Origin: Macrostomum lignano
Lineage: Eukaryota
Direction: 5' to 3'
Assembly (NCBI GenBank): GCA_002269645.1
Contig: NIVC01000472.1
Location: 27,879-91,878 of the forward strand
DNA length: 64,000 nt
Part shown: positions 16,505 to 28,448 of the stretch, in pieces
Layout: every line of letters begins with the position of its first letter
Position numbering within the stretch: position 1 is the first letter of the stretch
Notes under the pieces: model-generated
What the model was told of the DNA's origin: nothing
Seen by the model: only the letters and a program-made list of their open reading frames with translations
The model's database searches: none
Position numbers and translations under genes: made by a program

Positions 16505-17798
16505 ATGGTTCGAGTAAGTGCGCTAACTTTTTGTTTGAATCATATAATACTCAGTTATATTTTATAGATAACAAATTATTAATGTTCAAGCATACCTGCA
16601 GTTAAAATTTGCATTCCTGTTCTTTTTAAATTTGTTTTAGTTTTGGAAGTCACGTTGTTAGCATTTTGCAGCAAAACAAGATCTGAGTTCATTCGATTTT
16701 GTTTGAATTTGTCAAATTAAACCATATTAAAAACTTGAGTATTAAAGAGTGACAAGGTTAAACTATTCTTAGATAAAAATGATAAAACAGAAAGTAAGAA
16801 AAGAAACCTATTTAACGTTGTGTGCCTTGAAGACGTGACTGAGTCATTGTAGCAAGATTAGAGGGGTGACCATATTTACCATTGCTTTTCATCATTTCAT
16901 ATTTACAAAAATTCTCCAGGCGCTCAGCCTCCTGGCCCTGTGCGCTCTGGCGATATGTACATCTGCCGAAGCCGCAGGCGACACGGTATCCAAATCGTGC
17001 AGTGCTCAATGGACGCTGGTTGCTACGCTGGAAAATTCTCAAAAACGAGCAGTTCTGCACAATTTTCACCACCATGTCGGGTTGCGCAGCCTGCACAATG
17101 CTCATAAAGTCCCTTGGGAGACTTTGATATCGATTTCGGTGACCACCCAGATCCTTGGCGACCCTCATGGAGTGTCGGAATTTATTTCCACCAATCTCGG
17201 ACGTCCGAGAGCGACACTCGGATCCGTGCTTGTCCCAGCAAAGTCGGTCGCCAAAATCTGGCAGCTTGTTGTCCGCACCCACGGCGAAGTCTTTAAATTC
17301 CGAAGAACGAAATCGGTCAGAGGGTCGCAGAGCCCGCCACCGATTCTGTCCTGCCACGCGTCTTACCAAGTGAAGAGACGCATCACGGAGCAATCTTGGG
17401 TGCACTTGAAGCACGAAAGCTCGAATATGTATTTGGTAACCACTAACAGAAGAGGCTGGGACGCCGGCACGCTGGGGTCCTCAGCTAGCAACAAGTTTCG
17501 CTTTCAACAAATCAGGCCAGGTACCTACAGGATCGTTGCCTACTCATACAGGTTCAGCGGGTACAGGTATCTTTACTCGTCCATGGCCGGTGGGATCTAC
17601 CTAGACGACAGCGACTTGTCGAATGAGAAGCAGCTGTGGACGCTGGATAGAACTGATCTGAGAGAGGGTGACTCGATCGCCATCCAGAATGTGTACTACC
17701 CCGGAGGATATATGATTAAATACGAAGGCTCAACTACCAATGTCTTCTGCGAGTACACTAACTACCCAGACCGTTGGATTGTTGAACTGGCTGACTGA
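16505..17798 (+). CDS. Secreted lysenin-family protein, copy 2; exons 16505-16513 and 16920-17798; 295 aa
   Basis: ATGGTTCGA|GTAAGT donor and CTCCAG| acceptor give the signal peptide MVRALSLLALCALAICTSAEA. Same 9-nt first coding exon structure as copy 1, and a C-domain closely similar to copy 1. Confidence 0.88.
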
Positions 17799-18205
17799 TA
17801 TACGAGTATTTAGTCTCTAAACTGGTAACTTATGACGTCAAATCAATGATTATAAGATTTTCTGTTTAAACCAGACACTTTCGACTTGTATGAATCAGAA
17901 TTTTAATAATAAATACGCACCCCACTCTTTACTTATAGAAAATCTTACAAAGCGTTAACTACAATTTATCTACAAATATTTCTGGACCTGAAACTACTAA
18001 CAGTAGCGTGAAAGCATATTTGTGTTGCCCCTTAAGCTAGGCCATATTATATTATCATAAAAATCGAAATACCAGCTTAGAGCTTCACATTTATTCAGTA
18101 TTTCAGTGTTCAATACAATATGCGCTCCATATGCCATTTACTTTAGAAACTTTACCTGCTTTGTTTAAATTAGTAAGTTTTTGCAAGACTACATAAATAT
18201 TATGA

Positions 18206-18430
18206 TGGGTTTCGGCCTTTCGGCCCCCTTGTGGGGAAGCCTTCGGGCCTCAGGTCTCAGAAATAAATCAATTAGAGTCCTGGCCCCCCACTCCTGTCAG
18301 ATGGTCAGCCCCATGGTAGCTTGATCGTGTGGCGAGCAGTCCAGGCCCTATAGCTAAGAGAGGGACAGCGAGAGACAAGCAGGGAGAATTTTGAAGGTAG
18401 AAATTAGTTAACCCGCAGGTTAGCCAACTC
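18206..18430 (-). repeat. Dispersed ~225-bp repeat with hairpin-rich end; second copy at 36045-36268 in the opposite orientation
   Basis: The reverse complement of 18206-18430 aligns by eye with 36045-36268. Confidence 0.85.
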
Positions 18431-19477
18431 GCTGCCACCAGCCCGTACGTCCTGGCTCACCACACCGGGACTCTCGAAATCGGGCTTCCGACTAGAAGGG
18501 GCTTCGCACTTACCTGCCAACCAGTGTCTTTTTGCTGTCAATCTCGAAGTCATAGCCGATGATAAGGGACACTGCTGGGACTAGATCGCATTGGCCATGC
18601 AGGTACAGAGGGGACTTGTGCAGGGGATTCTTGCAGTTGCGAGTCTATGGGGTAGCTACATGTACTATTACATTGCTAAATACGAAGATATGTACTTTTG
18701 GCCTTCAACGCGCCAACTAGCCTCTCATAGCGCTGATGATAGACTAACTCGAACATCAGAGACCTCATGATTCATTTACCCGAGCCGCTTGGCGAATCTA
18801 GAGTGCACAGAGTACATCTCCAGCGCCGATTTTGCACTATTGGCAGTTTTGCTCACTGATTTGATAGATTGATCGACTGAGGACTGCCTTGCCATTGGTC
18901 CACTGTGACCGGCGCCTACTAGCTTAGCTACTCATCTGAGCCATCGGCGAACAAAGAAATAAAACCGATAAAAATAACTGTCAGATTTATTAACCTTCTC
19001 CTTAGATCATTTCACACTTCAGATTGAATTGGAGTTTCAGACTACTAGCAGTATTATTGAATGACTTCTGCCTCAGCAACAGCACTACTGAACAAAATGA
19101 GCAAAAGTGTGCGCCTAATTCAGCTACTGAAATAGGGGGCAGATAAGGGACCAACCAATCAAGCAAGTCCAGGTAGCCTCTCACCCAACCAATCAGAAAC
19201 TCAACAGCCGGAGACCAGGTAATCCACAGTAACCGAATCGGCTTAGTGCTTCGCAGCTGTAGACTCGGGATGATGCTGTCACAGTCTTCGCAGATAGCTA
19301 GCAGGTGATGCTCTTCGCTTGATGCTTGCTGCTGATGACCGGGGGACTCGTCCTTGATGATGATGGGGGGGGGGTTGTCGCAATCCGGTGATCAAGAAAC
19401 GACGGTCGCGCTCCGGGAACCAGAAGTTGCGTGCTGGGCCCGAGCAAGTTGGAGTCCGAGCGGGCCAAAAACACCGG

Positions 19478-19608
19478 TTTAAATAGCCGCCAATTGGACC
19501 GCAGTTTGTTATAATGGAACACGTCGATTCTGATTGGCTGACCCGTTTTGTTAAAATGAGCGCCGAATTTTCTGATTGGCTAAGCTTGTTGCTACCCAGA
19601 ATCACGTG
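19478..19608 (-). promoter_or_regulatory. Putative Pol II promoter: three CCAAT boxes, a TATA-like box and an E-box
   Basis: ATTGG at 19493, 19533 and 19575 (40-42 bp spacing), TATTTAAA at 19485-19478 on the minus strand, CACGTG at 19603. No coding target identified. Confidence 0.5.
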
Positions 19609-20316
19609 ACCGGGAGATCCTATCAGTTCCCACAGGGTCGTAAAAAGATGACAGGTGCGGCCATAAATCAATCAAAATCGCAACAAAATGATTTATGACT
19701 TTTCGCGTAGGATTGACAGAAATTAATGAAAAAAATACACTAGAAAGCTCTTATTAAATAGAAGGTGAAGATAATGAAGAGAAATCGCTAATCGCTAATC
19801 CCAAAGTACTTTTAGGGGTAAAACGCATAGCTGTCAAAACTGTCACACGCTTGAGTGAACCCGAACCATAGGCTCTGACCTCATAAATCTTGATGGCCTG
19901 TCAAAATGATGAGAAAAAAGCTACCGCCCGCATCCTCTCAGACCATCTGGCGCCCGCCTCAACACTGAGTGAGGCGCAGGTGGCTGTCAGACCAGCTTCG
20001 AAAGCGATGATTTATGACCCAAAAAGCTGCGCCTACGTTATTATGACTACTAGTATGACCAAACATTATATCTAGTATAGATTCTATGACTATTCGCAGA
20101 AAAAGGATAAAAATGCCCACTGCCCACTGTTAGTAGGCTAGTAAGTTTAGAGCCCAGTGCTAGCGCGGGGTTTGGAAAAAAGTGCGTCCTCATCAATTAT
20201 TAAAAATTTTCTGCTACCATTTTATTTTTAATTAACTCTCCTATAGAAATAAATTTTCGTTCATGAGTTAAACTTGTCAGATGGAAATGATCGATCAGTA
20301 GTTTATTGTGCTGAGC

Positions 20317-21030
20317 GCCGAGTGTCGAATGTCGAGTGTCGAGCATCGAGTGTCGAGTGTCGAGTGTCGAGTGTCGAGTGTCGAGTGTCGAGTGTCGAGT
20401 GTCGAGTATCGAGTGTCGAGTATCGAGTGTCCAGTGTCCAGTGTCGAGTGTCGATTGTCGAGTGTCGAGTATCGAGTGTCGAGTGTCGAGTGTCGAGTGT
20501 CGAGTGTCGAGTATCGAGTGTCGAGTATCGAGTGTCCAGTGTCCAGTGTCGAGTGTTGATTGTCGAGTGTCGAGTATCGAGTGTCGAGTGTCGAGTGTCG
20601 AGTGTCGAGTGTCGAGTATCGAGTGTCGAGTGTCGATTATCGAGTGTCGAGTATCGATCGAGTGTCGAGTGTCGATTATCGAGTGTCGAGTATCGATCGA
20701 GTGTCGAGTGTCGAGTATCGAGTGTCGATTATCGAGTGTCGAGTATCGATCGAGTGTCGAGTGTCGAGCATCGTGTGTCGAGTGTCGAGTGTCGAGTATC
20801 GATCGAGTGTCGAGTGTCGAGTACCGAGTGTCGAGTGTCGATTATCGAGTGTCGAGTGTCGATTATCGAGTGTCGAGTGTCGAGTGTCGAGCATCGAGTG
20901 TCGAGTGTCGAGTATCGAGTGTCGAGTGTCTAGTATCGAGTTTCGAGTGTCGAGTGTCGAATGTCAAGCATCGAGTATCTAGTGTCGAGTGTCGAGTGTC
21001 GAGTGTCGAGTGTCGAGTGTCGAGTATCGA
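20317..21030. repeat. 7-bp CpG-rich satellite (TCGAGTG)
   Basis: Tandem array with variants; source of the SSVECRV ORFs. Confidence 0.97.
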
Positions 21031-21401
21031 GAATGCTCGTAGCTGGTATTTTGTTAACGCAATTCAACGCAGTAACTGCTTTGTGAATCAAACTAGGAGC
21101 ATATTTTCAAACTTTCACTAACACAGGTTTTGTTGGTAGTTACTCGTACTTCAGTTTTGAACCTACGCTCTGCGAACTCTGCGCATGCAGAGTGCACGGA
21201 GACAGAAAACCTGCCGGTTTTGATCAAAGATCAAAGCATACCTTCAACGAATTTAGTACACGATATAACTTTGTATTCGTTGGTGTGCATTAGAAATACA
21301 GATTTCATATTTTTGAAATTTTTTAATTGTCCATACATGCTAATAAAGCAGTCTGAACTGTGACCACTCCAGCACACACTGGTGTCTGACTCGGGATCCT
21401 T

Positions 21402-23420
21402 TATTCCCTATTCCTTATCCATTATCCCTTATCCCCTATCCTTTATCCCTTATCCATTATCCCCTATCCCTTATCCATTATCCACTATAACCTATTCCAT
21501 ATCCCTTATCCATTATCCCTTATCCCCTATCCTTTATCCCTTATCCATTATCCCCTATCCCTTATCCATTATCCACTATAACCTATTCCATATCCCTTAT
21601 CCTTTATCCCCTATCCCTTTCCCCTATCCCTTATCCTCCATCCCTTATCCTTTATCCCCTATCCCTTATCCTCTATCCCTTATCCTTTATCCCCTATCCT
21701 TTATCCCCTATCCCTTTCTCCTATCCCTTATCCTCCATCCATTATCCTTTATCCCCTATCCCTTTCCCCTATCCCTTATCCTCCATCCCTTATCCTTTAT
21801 CCCCTATCCCTTATCCTCTATCCCTTATCCTTTATCCCCTATCCTTTATCCCCTATCCCTTTCTCCTATCCCTTATCCTCCATCCATTATCCTTTATCCC
21901 CTATCCCTTTCCCCTATCCCTTATCCTCCATCCCTTATCCTTTATCCCCTATCCCTTATCCTCTATCCCTTATCCTTTATCCCCTATCCTTTATCCCCTA
22001 TCCCTTTCTCCTATCCCTTATCCTCCATCCATTATCCTTTATCCCCTATCCTTTATCCTCTATCCCTTATCCTTTATCCCCTATCCTTTATCCCCTATCC
22101 CTTTCTCCTATCCCTTATCCTCCATCCATTATCCTTTATCCCCTATCCTTTATCCCTTATCCATTATCCCCTATCCCTTATCCATTATCCACTATAACCT
22201 ATTCCATATCCCTTATCCTTTATCCCCTATCCCTTTCCCCTATCCCTTATCCTCCATCCCTTATCCTTTATCCCCTATCCCTTATCCTCTATCCCTTATC
22301 CTTTATCCCCTATCCCTTTCTCCTATCCCTTATCCTCCATCCATTATCCTTTATCCCCTATCCTTTATCCCCTATCCCTTATCCCCTATCCCTTATCCAT
22401 TATCCACTATAACCTATTCCATATCCCTTATCCTTTATCCCCTATCCCTTTCCCCTATCCCTTATCCTCCATCCCTTATCCTTTATCCCCTATCCCTTAT
22501 CCTCTATCCCTTATCCTTTATCCCCTATCCCTTTCTCCTATCCCTTATCCTCCATCCATTATCCTTTATCCCCTATCCTTTATCCCCTATCCCTTATCCC
22601 CTATCCCTTATCCCTTACTGAGTTGAACCAAAAGTCCGTGCGCTTTTTGTATGCACATTTTTAGGCGCTTATTATTTCTCTCATGAACAACATGCATAAT
22701 CAAGTGACGTCTCATTCGAAAGAGCATATTTTGCCGAACCAAACCACGCATGTTTTAATTCTGGTAAATATTTCCAGCCACTGTCAGCTCTACTGAAATG
22801 AGTGCTACCAGTCGCGATAATCTCGCTATTCTGCGACATTACTGGAAGCTCGGCTTCACAGCAACGGACGCAGCTCAAAAGATTCGCGAAACTGAAGGGC
22901 AGGATGCCCTTCAGGACAGAACAGCACAGAAGTGGTACCAGCGCTTTTCGAGTGGCGACACGAGCCTCGAAGTTCGGCCACGTTCTGGTCGACCTACCGA
23001 CCTATTCTGTCTATTTTAAGTCAGAAAAACGCACGAACTTTTGGTTCACCCTAATATCCCTTATCCCTTATCCCCTATCCCTTATCCCCTATCCCTTATC
23101 CCCTATCCCTTATCCCCTATCCCTTATCCTCTATCCCTTATACCCTATCCCTTATCCCCTATCCCTTATCCCCTATCCCTTATCCTCTATCCCTTATCCC
23201 CTATCCCTTATCTCCTATCCCTTATCCCCTATCCCTTATCCCCTATCCCTTATCCTCTATCCCTTATCCCCTATCCCTTATCTCCTATCCCTTTCTCCTA
23301 TCCCTTATCCCCTATCACTTATCCCCTATCCCTTATCCCCTATCCCTTATCCCCTATCCCTTATCTCCCTCTCTTTTCCCCATTCCTTATCCCCTAGCCT
23401 TATCGCTTATCCCTTTCCCA
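21402..23420. repeat. TATCCC/TTATCCCCTATCCC satellite, interrupted by a mariner element; further arrays at 28400-28448 and 30046-30567
   Basis: Tandem degenerate 6-7-bp units; source of the IPYPLS ORFs. Confidence 0.95.
22618..23054 (+). mobile_element. Internally deleted mariner (Tc1/mariner) element with N-terminal transposase HTH remnant
   Basis: TA flanks at 22616-17 and 23055-56. Imperfect ~30-bp TIRs (CTGAGTTGAACCAAAAGTCCGTGCG / CGCACGAACTTTTGGTTCACCCTAA). ORF 22798-23019 has the mariner HTH with WYQRFSSGDTSLEVRPRSGRP; no DDD catalytic domain. Confidence 0.9.
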
Positions 23421-23920
23421 TATTTTAAACTACCCGTACGACTTATTTGGTGAATAACAAAATTTTGACGCAAATATTTAAAGATATTAAAATCATGCAG
23501 TTTCTTAAGGTTCGCTCGAATACAATACTTATAAGGCGTTCGTTTCGTTAATTCGTTTGTCTAGCCATGAGTGCATTAGTGGTCAATGCCGAATTTCCCC
23601 ATAACCAATGCAGTAAGTGCCAAAATTTGCTACTGAAATGAAAAATGCTTTTTAGTCAGCAAACAAAGTGACTTTCTGAAGCATTGATTGCCACCAGTTA
23701 GACAGTGACTGAGCGAGCAGAAACCGAAAGATTAATAGAAAATAAAAAATTATACTTCTCAATCACCACGAAACTAAAGGACGCTGCAAAAGTTTCTTTC
23801 AAAAAGCTTATGTCAAATTCAAAATTGCTTTACCTGATTTAGCTTCCTCCTTTGTAAACCGTAGCGACACTTGTGAAGATCAAATGACAAAAGTTAGTTC
23901 GGTTTTTAGTTTATTCATGA

Positions 23921-24822
23921 GTTCACGAGTTCATGAGTTCACGAGTTCATGAGTTCACGAGTTCATGAGTTCACGAGTTCATGAGTTCACGAGTTCATGA
24001 GTTCACGAGTTCATGAGTTCACGAGTTCATGAGTTCACGAGTTCATGAGTTCACGAGTTCATGAGTTCACGAGTTCATGAGTTCACGAGTTCATGAGTTC
24101 ACGAGTTCATGAGTTCACGAGTTCATGAGTTCACGAGTTCATGAGTTCACGAGTTCATGAGTTCACGAGTTCATGAGTTCACGAGTTCATGAGTTCACGA
24201 GTTCATGAGTTCACGAGTTCATGAGTTCACGAGTTCATGAGTTCACGAGTTCATGAGTTCACGAGTTCATGAGTTCACGAGTTCATGAGTTCACGAGTTC
24301 ATGAGTTCACGAGTTCATGAGTTCACGAGTTCATGAGTTCACGAGTTCATGAGTTCACGAGTTCATGAGTTCACGAGTTCATGAGTTCACGAGTTCATGA
24401 GTTCACGAGTTCATGAGTTCACGAGTTCATGAGTTCACGAGTTCATGAGTTCACGAGTTCATGAGTTCACGAGTTCATGAGTTCACGAGTTCATGAGTTC
24501 ACGAGTTCATGAGTTCACGAGTTCATGAGTTCACGAGTTCATGAGTTCACGAGTTCATGAGTTCACGAGTTCATGAGTTCACGAGTTCATGAGTTCACGA
24601 GTTCATGAGTTCACGAGTTCATGAGTTCACGAGTTCATGAGTTCACGAGTTCATGAGTTCACGAGTTCATGAGTTCACGAGTTCATGAGTTCACGAGTTC
24701 ATGAGTTCACGAGTTCATGAGTTCACGAGTTCATGAGTTCACGAGTTCATGAGTTCACGAGTTCATGAGTTCATGAGTTCACCAGTTCACGAGTTCACGA
24801 GTTCACCAGTTCACCAGTTCAT
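23921..24822. repeat. 8/16-bp satellite (GAGTTCAC GAGTTCAT); paralogous shorter array at 37780-38066
   Basis: Near-perfect tandem array. Confidence 0.97.
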
Positions 24823-25212
24823 AAGTGAAGTACATGTAGACAACTGCGAGTACAACCAAGGGACAATTCTAAACTTCCAGCATCAGATATTTACTGAAGA
24901 ATAAATAACCAGTGACTGCATTAGCACGAGACAATGTCCCATGTTAAACGTCATGCTTGTATGTAAATTTGGCTTAAATTTATTTGCATAAAAATGCCAT
25001 AGATACTATCTGCCTACCGAATGGAGACAGAAGCTTTCAAATAATGTAATTGGCTGGTTTCACCCGCCTCAAATGTCAAACTAGCGGGACTGTGCCCAGA
25101 GCAAATACTAGATTGGGAGATAAAGGTTCTGAGTTTTCCTCAGTCATCATGCAGAATCCAGTTTGGAAAATATTACTCACGGGGATTCTGGGATTTGCAT
25201 TTTAACACTTCA

Positions 25213-25662
25213 ATGAAATTCGCCACCTTCGTGCAGGTAGGTGGATCTGTTTCTCTGATGTAATAAATTGTAATTAATGAAAGCTACTTACTGCTGACAT
25301 TAGCAACTACGAGCTAGAATGCTCTGTGAAACTTTCAGCTCTCCGTGCTGCTCACGGTGGCAGTTTTCGGTGTTCAAACTAGCGGCGACACTTCTGTCAG
25401 CTGCCAGAAGACCGAAAGCTTGCGCCAATGCAGCTTTGACACCAGCTGGAGAGATTTCCAATCTAGCGGGGAATCGAGCTTGGCGCACTTTGTCACCCGG
25501 TGCGAGCTGGCCGGCTGCCCCGACACCTCAGCGGTCACCAGCAACCGCGAAGTGTTTCGGCCAATGAAATCAACTACCACGGCAGCAACACTGCATGTGG
25601 CAGTAGAAAACCCGAAGGGCGATTCTGACCCAGTGTTGTCATCGGATGTGTCAGCCTCATAG
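25213..25662 (+). CDS. Orphan small secreted protein with 4 Cys, copy A; exons 25213-25236 and 25339-25662; 115 aa
   Basis: MKFATFVQ|GTAGGT donor and TTTCAG| acceptor give the signal peptide MKFATFVQLSVLLTVAVFGVQTSG. Same structure and length as the paralog, with frame-preserving indels. Confidence 0.8.
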
Positions 25663-26116
25663 AGTTGCTGCTGCAGATGGCACCGAATGGGTAAACTCAA
25701 TTTAAAGCAGTCACTAGTGATTGGCAACTCTCAAGTATGAGCCTGTATGACTATCAATCCAGTGTATGAATATTAATGAGCTCGATATATTTAGTCCAGA
25801 AGCCACATGGCTTTGTAAATTATTTGCCTCCGCAGGAGGTGAAGCGTCTATAGAAATAAATCGAAGTATATTCAAGAGAAAATAAGCTAATCCAGACGTC
25901 GTGTTTAGGCCCCTCTGGATGATGGTGAGCTTCTATACTTGTATGAGTCCTAAAGTGAAATTATTCCCTTATAACCATAATGACTAACTATAATTTAATC
26001 ATCTCAGTTCATGCATCCAGTTACTCTGCTATGTCTATTTAGGATCCCAGATGAACGGCTTGGAAGAAAATTTTAGGATATTATGATATTGCACGCACTG
26101 TACTTAACCATGTTCT

Positions 26117-26931
26117 GGGTTGGGTGCTCAGGGTGGTTGCTGGGTTGGGTGCTCAGGGTGGTTGCTGGGTTGGGTGCTCAGGGTGGTTGCTGGGTTGGGT
26201 GCTCAGGGTGCTTGCTGGGTTGGGTGCTCAGGGTGGTTGCTGGGTTGGGTGCTCAGGGTGCTTGCTGGGTTGGGTGCTCAGGGTGGTTACTGGGTTGGGT
26301 GCTCAGGGTGGTTGCTGGGTTGGGTGCTCAGGGTGGTTGCTGGGTTGGGTGCTCAGGGTGGTTGCTGGGTTGGGTGCTCAGGGTGCTTGCTGGGTTGGGT
26401 GCTCAGGGTGGTTGCTGGGTTGGGTGCTCAGGGTGGTTGCTGGGTTGGGTGCTCAGGGTGCTTGCTGGGTTGGGTGCTCAGGGTGGTTGCTGGGTTGGGT
26501 GCTCAGGGTGCTTGCTGGGTTGGGTGCTCAGGGTGCTTGGTGGGTTGGGTGCTCAGGGTGGTTGCTGGGTTGGGTGCTCAGGGTGCTTGCTGGGTTGGGT
26601 GCTCAGGGTGGTTGCTGGGTTGGGTGCTCAGGGTGCTTGCTGGGTTGGGTGCTCAGGGTGGTTGCTGGGTTGGGTGCTCAGGGTGGTTGCTGGGTTGGGT
26701 GCTCAGGGTGCTTGCTGGGTTGGGTGCTCAGGGTGGTTGCTGGGTTGGGTGCTCAGGGTGGTTGCTGGGTTGGGTGCTCAGGGTGGTTACTGGGTTGGGT
26801 GCTCAGGGTGGTTGCTGGTTGGGTGCTCAGGGTGGTTGCTGGGTTGGGTGCTCAGGGTGGTTGCTGGGTTGGGTGCTCAGGGTGCTTGCTGGGTTGGGTG
26901 CTCAGGGTGGTTGCTGGGTTGGGTGCTCAGG
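26117..26931. repeat. 25-bp G-rich minisatellite (TGGGTGCTCAGGGTGGTTGCTGGGT); paralogous array at 39465-40250
   Basis: Tandem copies; source of the GWVLRVVA ORFs. Confidence 0.96.
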
Positions 26932-26935
26932 CTGA

Positions 26936-27545
26936 AAGAGCGCTGAAAGAGGTTGAGAGTGCGGGGTTCACCGTCAGATAAGACGTGAAGCGCAGAGGTC
27001 GGCGTGGGGCAGAAGCTTGCGCTTAGCCATGGCCCTATGGGGCAGGATACGAATGTCAGCGTCAATCAGACGGCGGGAAGTCTTAGCCGCATACCTGCGG
27101 ACAAGATGTCCAGCGGAGGAATGTTGAGGAAGGCGTTGAGGCCATCGTAAGGAGCAGACGGAGGGGCGCTCATGATCATGCGACATGCGCGCCCTTGCGT
27201 TCTCCTGAGAGCCTCAAGGCAGGTCTTTATCTGCAGGGCGCCAGCCCAGATCAGGCCGCCATACGAGATAGCAGGCCTAACCATTGCAGTGTCGATCCAC
27301 CAGAGGCGCTTGGGGGTGAGACCCCAGGTGGTGCCGAAGGCTAGGTGCAGCTGCGCGAGGACTGCGAGGGCTTTCTTGGCTTTTGCTTCAACTTGGGGCG
27401 ACCAGTTGAGCCTGAGGTCCAGGGTAATACCGAGACATTTAGTCTGCTTGCAGAAGGGGATTTCCCTTCCGTAAAGCGTGAGCGGCCGAGTCTGCCACTT
27501 GGTCCTGCTGGTGAACATGATCGCTGCGGTCTTAGTCTCAGAGAG
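26936..27545 (-). mobile_element. Non-LTR retrotransposon fragment (R1/LOA-like reverse transcriptase C-terminal/thumb region)
   Basis: ORF 27066-27518 has KCLGITLDLRLNW, WGLTPKRLWW, VRPAISYGGLIW and LNIPPLD, typical of the R1/LOA group. Confidence 0.8.
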
Positions 27546-27582
27546 CCTTAATAGTGGATAAATAGTGGATAAATCCAGGCAC

Positions 27583-27685
27583 AGGGTGAGTGTTCAGGGT
27601 GAGTGTTCAGGGTGAGTGCTCAGGGTGAGTGCACAGGGTGAGTACACAGGGAGAGTGCACAGGGTGAGTGCTCAGGGTGAGTGCC
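27583..27685. repeat. 13-bp minisatellite (CACAGGGTGAGTG); larger array at 37363-37598
   Basis: Tandem copies. Confidence 0.88.
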
Positions 27686-28448
27686 CAGAGTTGGTGCCCG
27701 CTATGCGATGCGGAAAGGCTGCACAAACGTGGCGGGAAGAAATGACAGCAGACAAAGTCACCAGTCCTCAACAACACAAAGTGATCGATTACCTGATGCA
27801 TGCACCCTTGTGCCATTGGCGTATCAGACGTCTTCTTTGACAATAAATTGACGTTTTCTTTGCGATGCCACTCAATTTATTATAGACGAAATCCAAATAA
27901 TACACAGATACTACACAAATCTCTCAATGAAAATATAAAATTAAGCTATACTCGAATAGTTGGTAAACGGATTGTTCAAATTTGAAACTATGTTCCAATT
28001 ACTCTTAACTAAAGTCCATTTAGTGGCGCTTGCAATGTCCTTTGGCAGGTATACTTCCAATCTGATTGATTGGTAAATTCAAAATAAGCAATAACTGACG
28101 ACAACGATGGGGTTTGGGACATGCACAATCCGATAACAAAAGGATCTTTGAGCTACTCGAAAATCAGATAAATGATTCTAATTAGGCACGTATGTGATTG
28201 ATTTTTTAAATAAATTTTTAAACACCATAATCCTCAACATTTGTAAAGTTTTTTTCACTTTCAATGAAATACTCGTAAGCTGCACAATATTCAATCAACT
28301 AGCAATAGCGCACGCGGTTACAATAGTACGTGCTAGCAATTAAAAATAAGCAAGTTACCAATAAAAAGTTTGCAGCAAATAGCAATACAACTAGTGTCCC
28401 CCATTCCTTATCAATTATCCCATATCCCTTATCCCCTATCCCCTATCA

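Noticed and set aside
18206-18260. Canonical hammerhead ribozyme (also CTGATGA at ~18733 and ~19332)
   Set aside because: GGCCGAAAGGCCGAAAC lacks an upstream CUGANGA, and the CTGATGA sites lack a properly paired stem II followed by GAAA.
19283-19293. Spliced-leader RNA gene
   Set aside because: Only an 11-nt match (CTGCGAAGACT, minus strand) to a recalled flatworm SL sequence; no terminal ATG-GT donor or Sm site.
21402-23420. Telomeric or interstitial telomere array
   Set aside because: The unit is GGGATA(A/G), not TTAGGG, it is degenerate, and it is dispersed at four sites.
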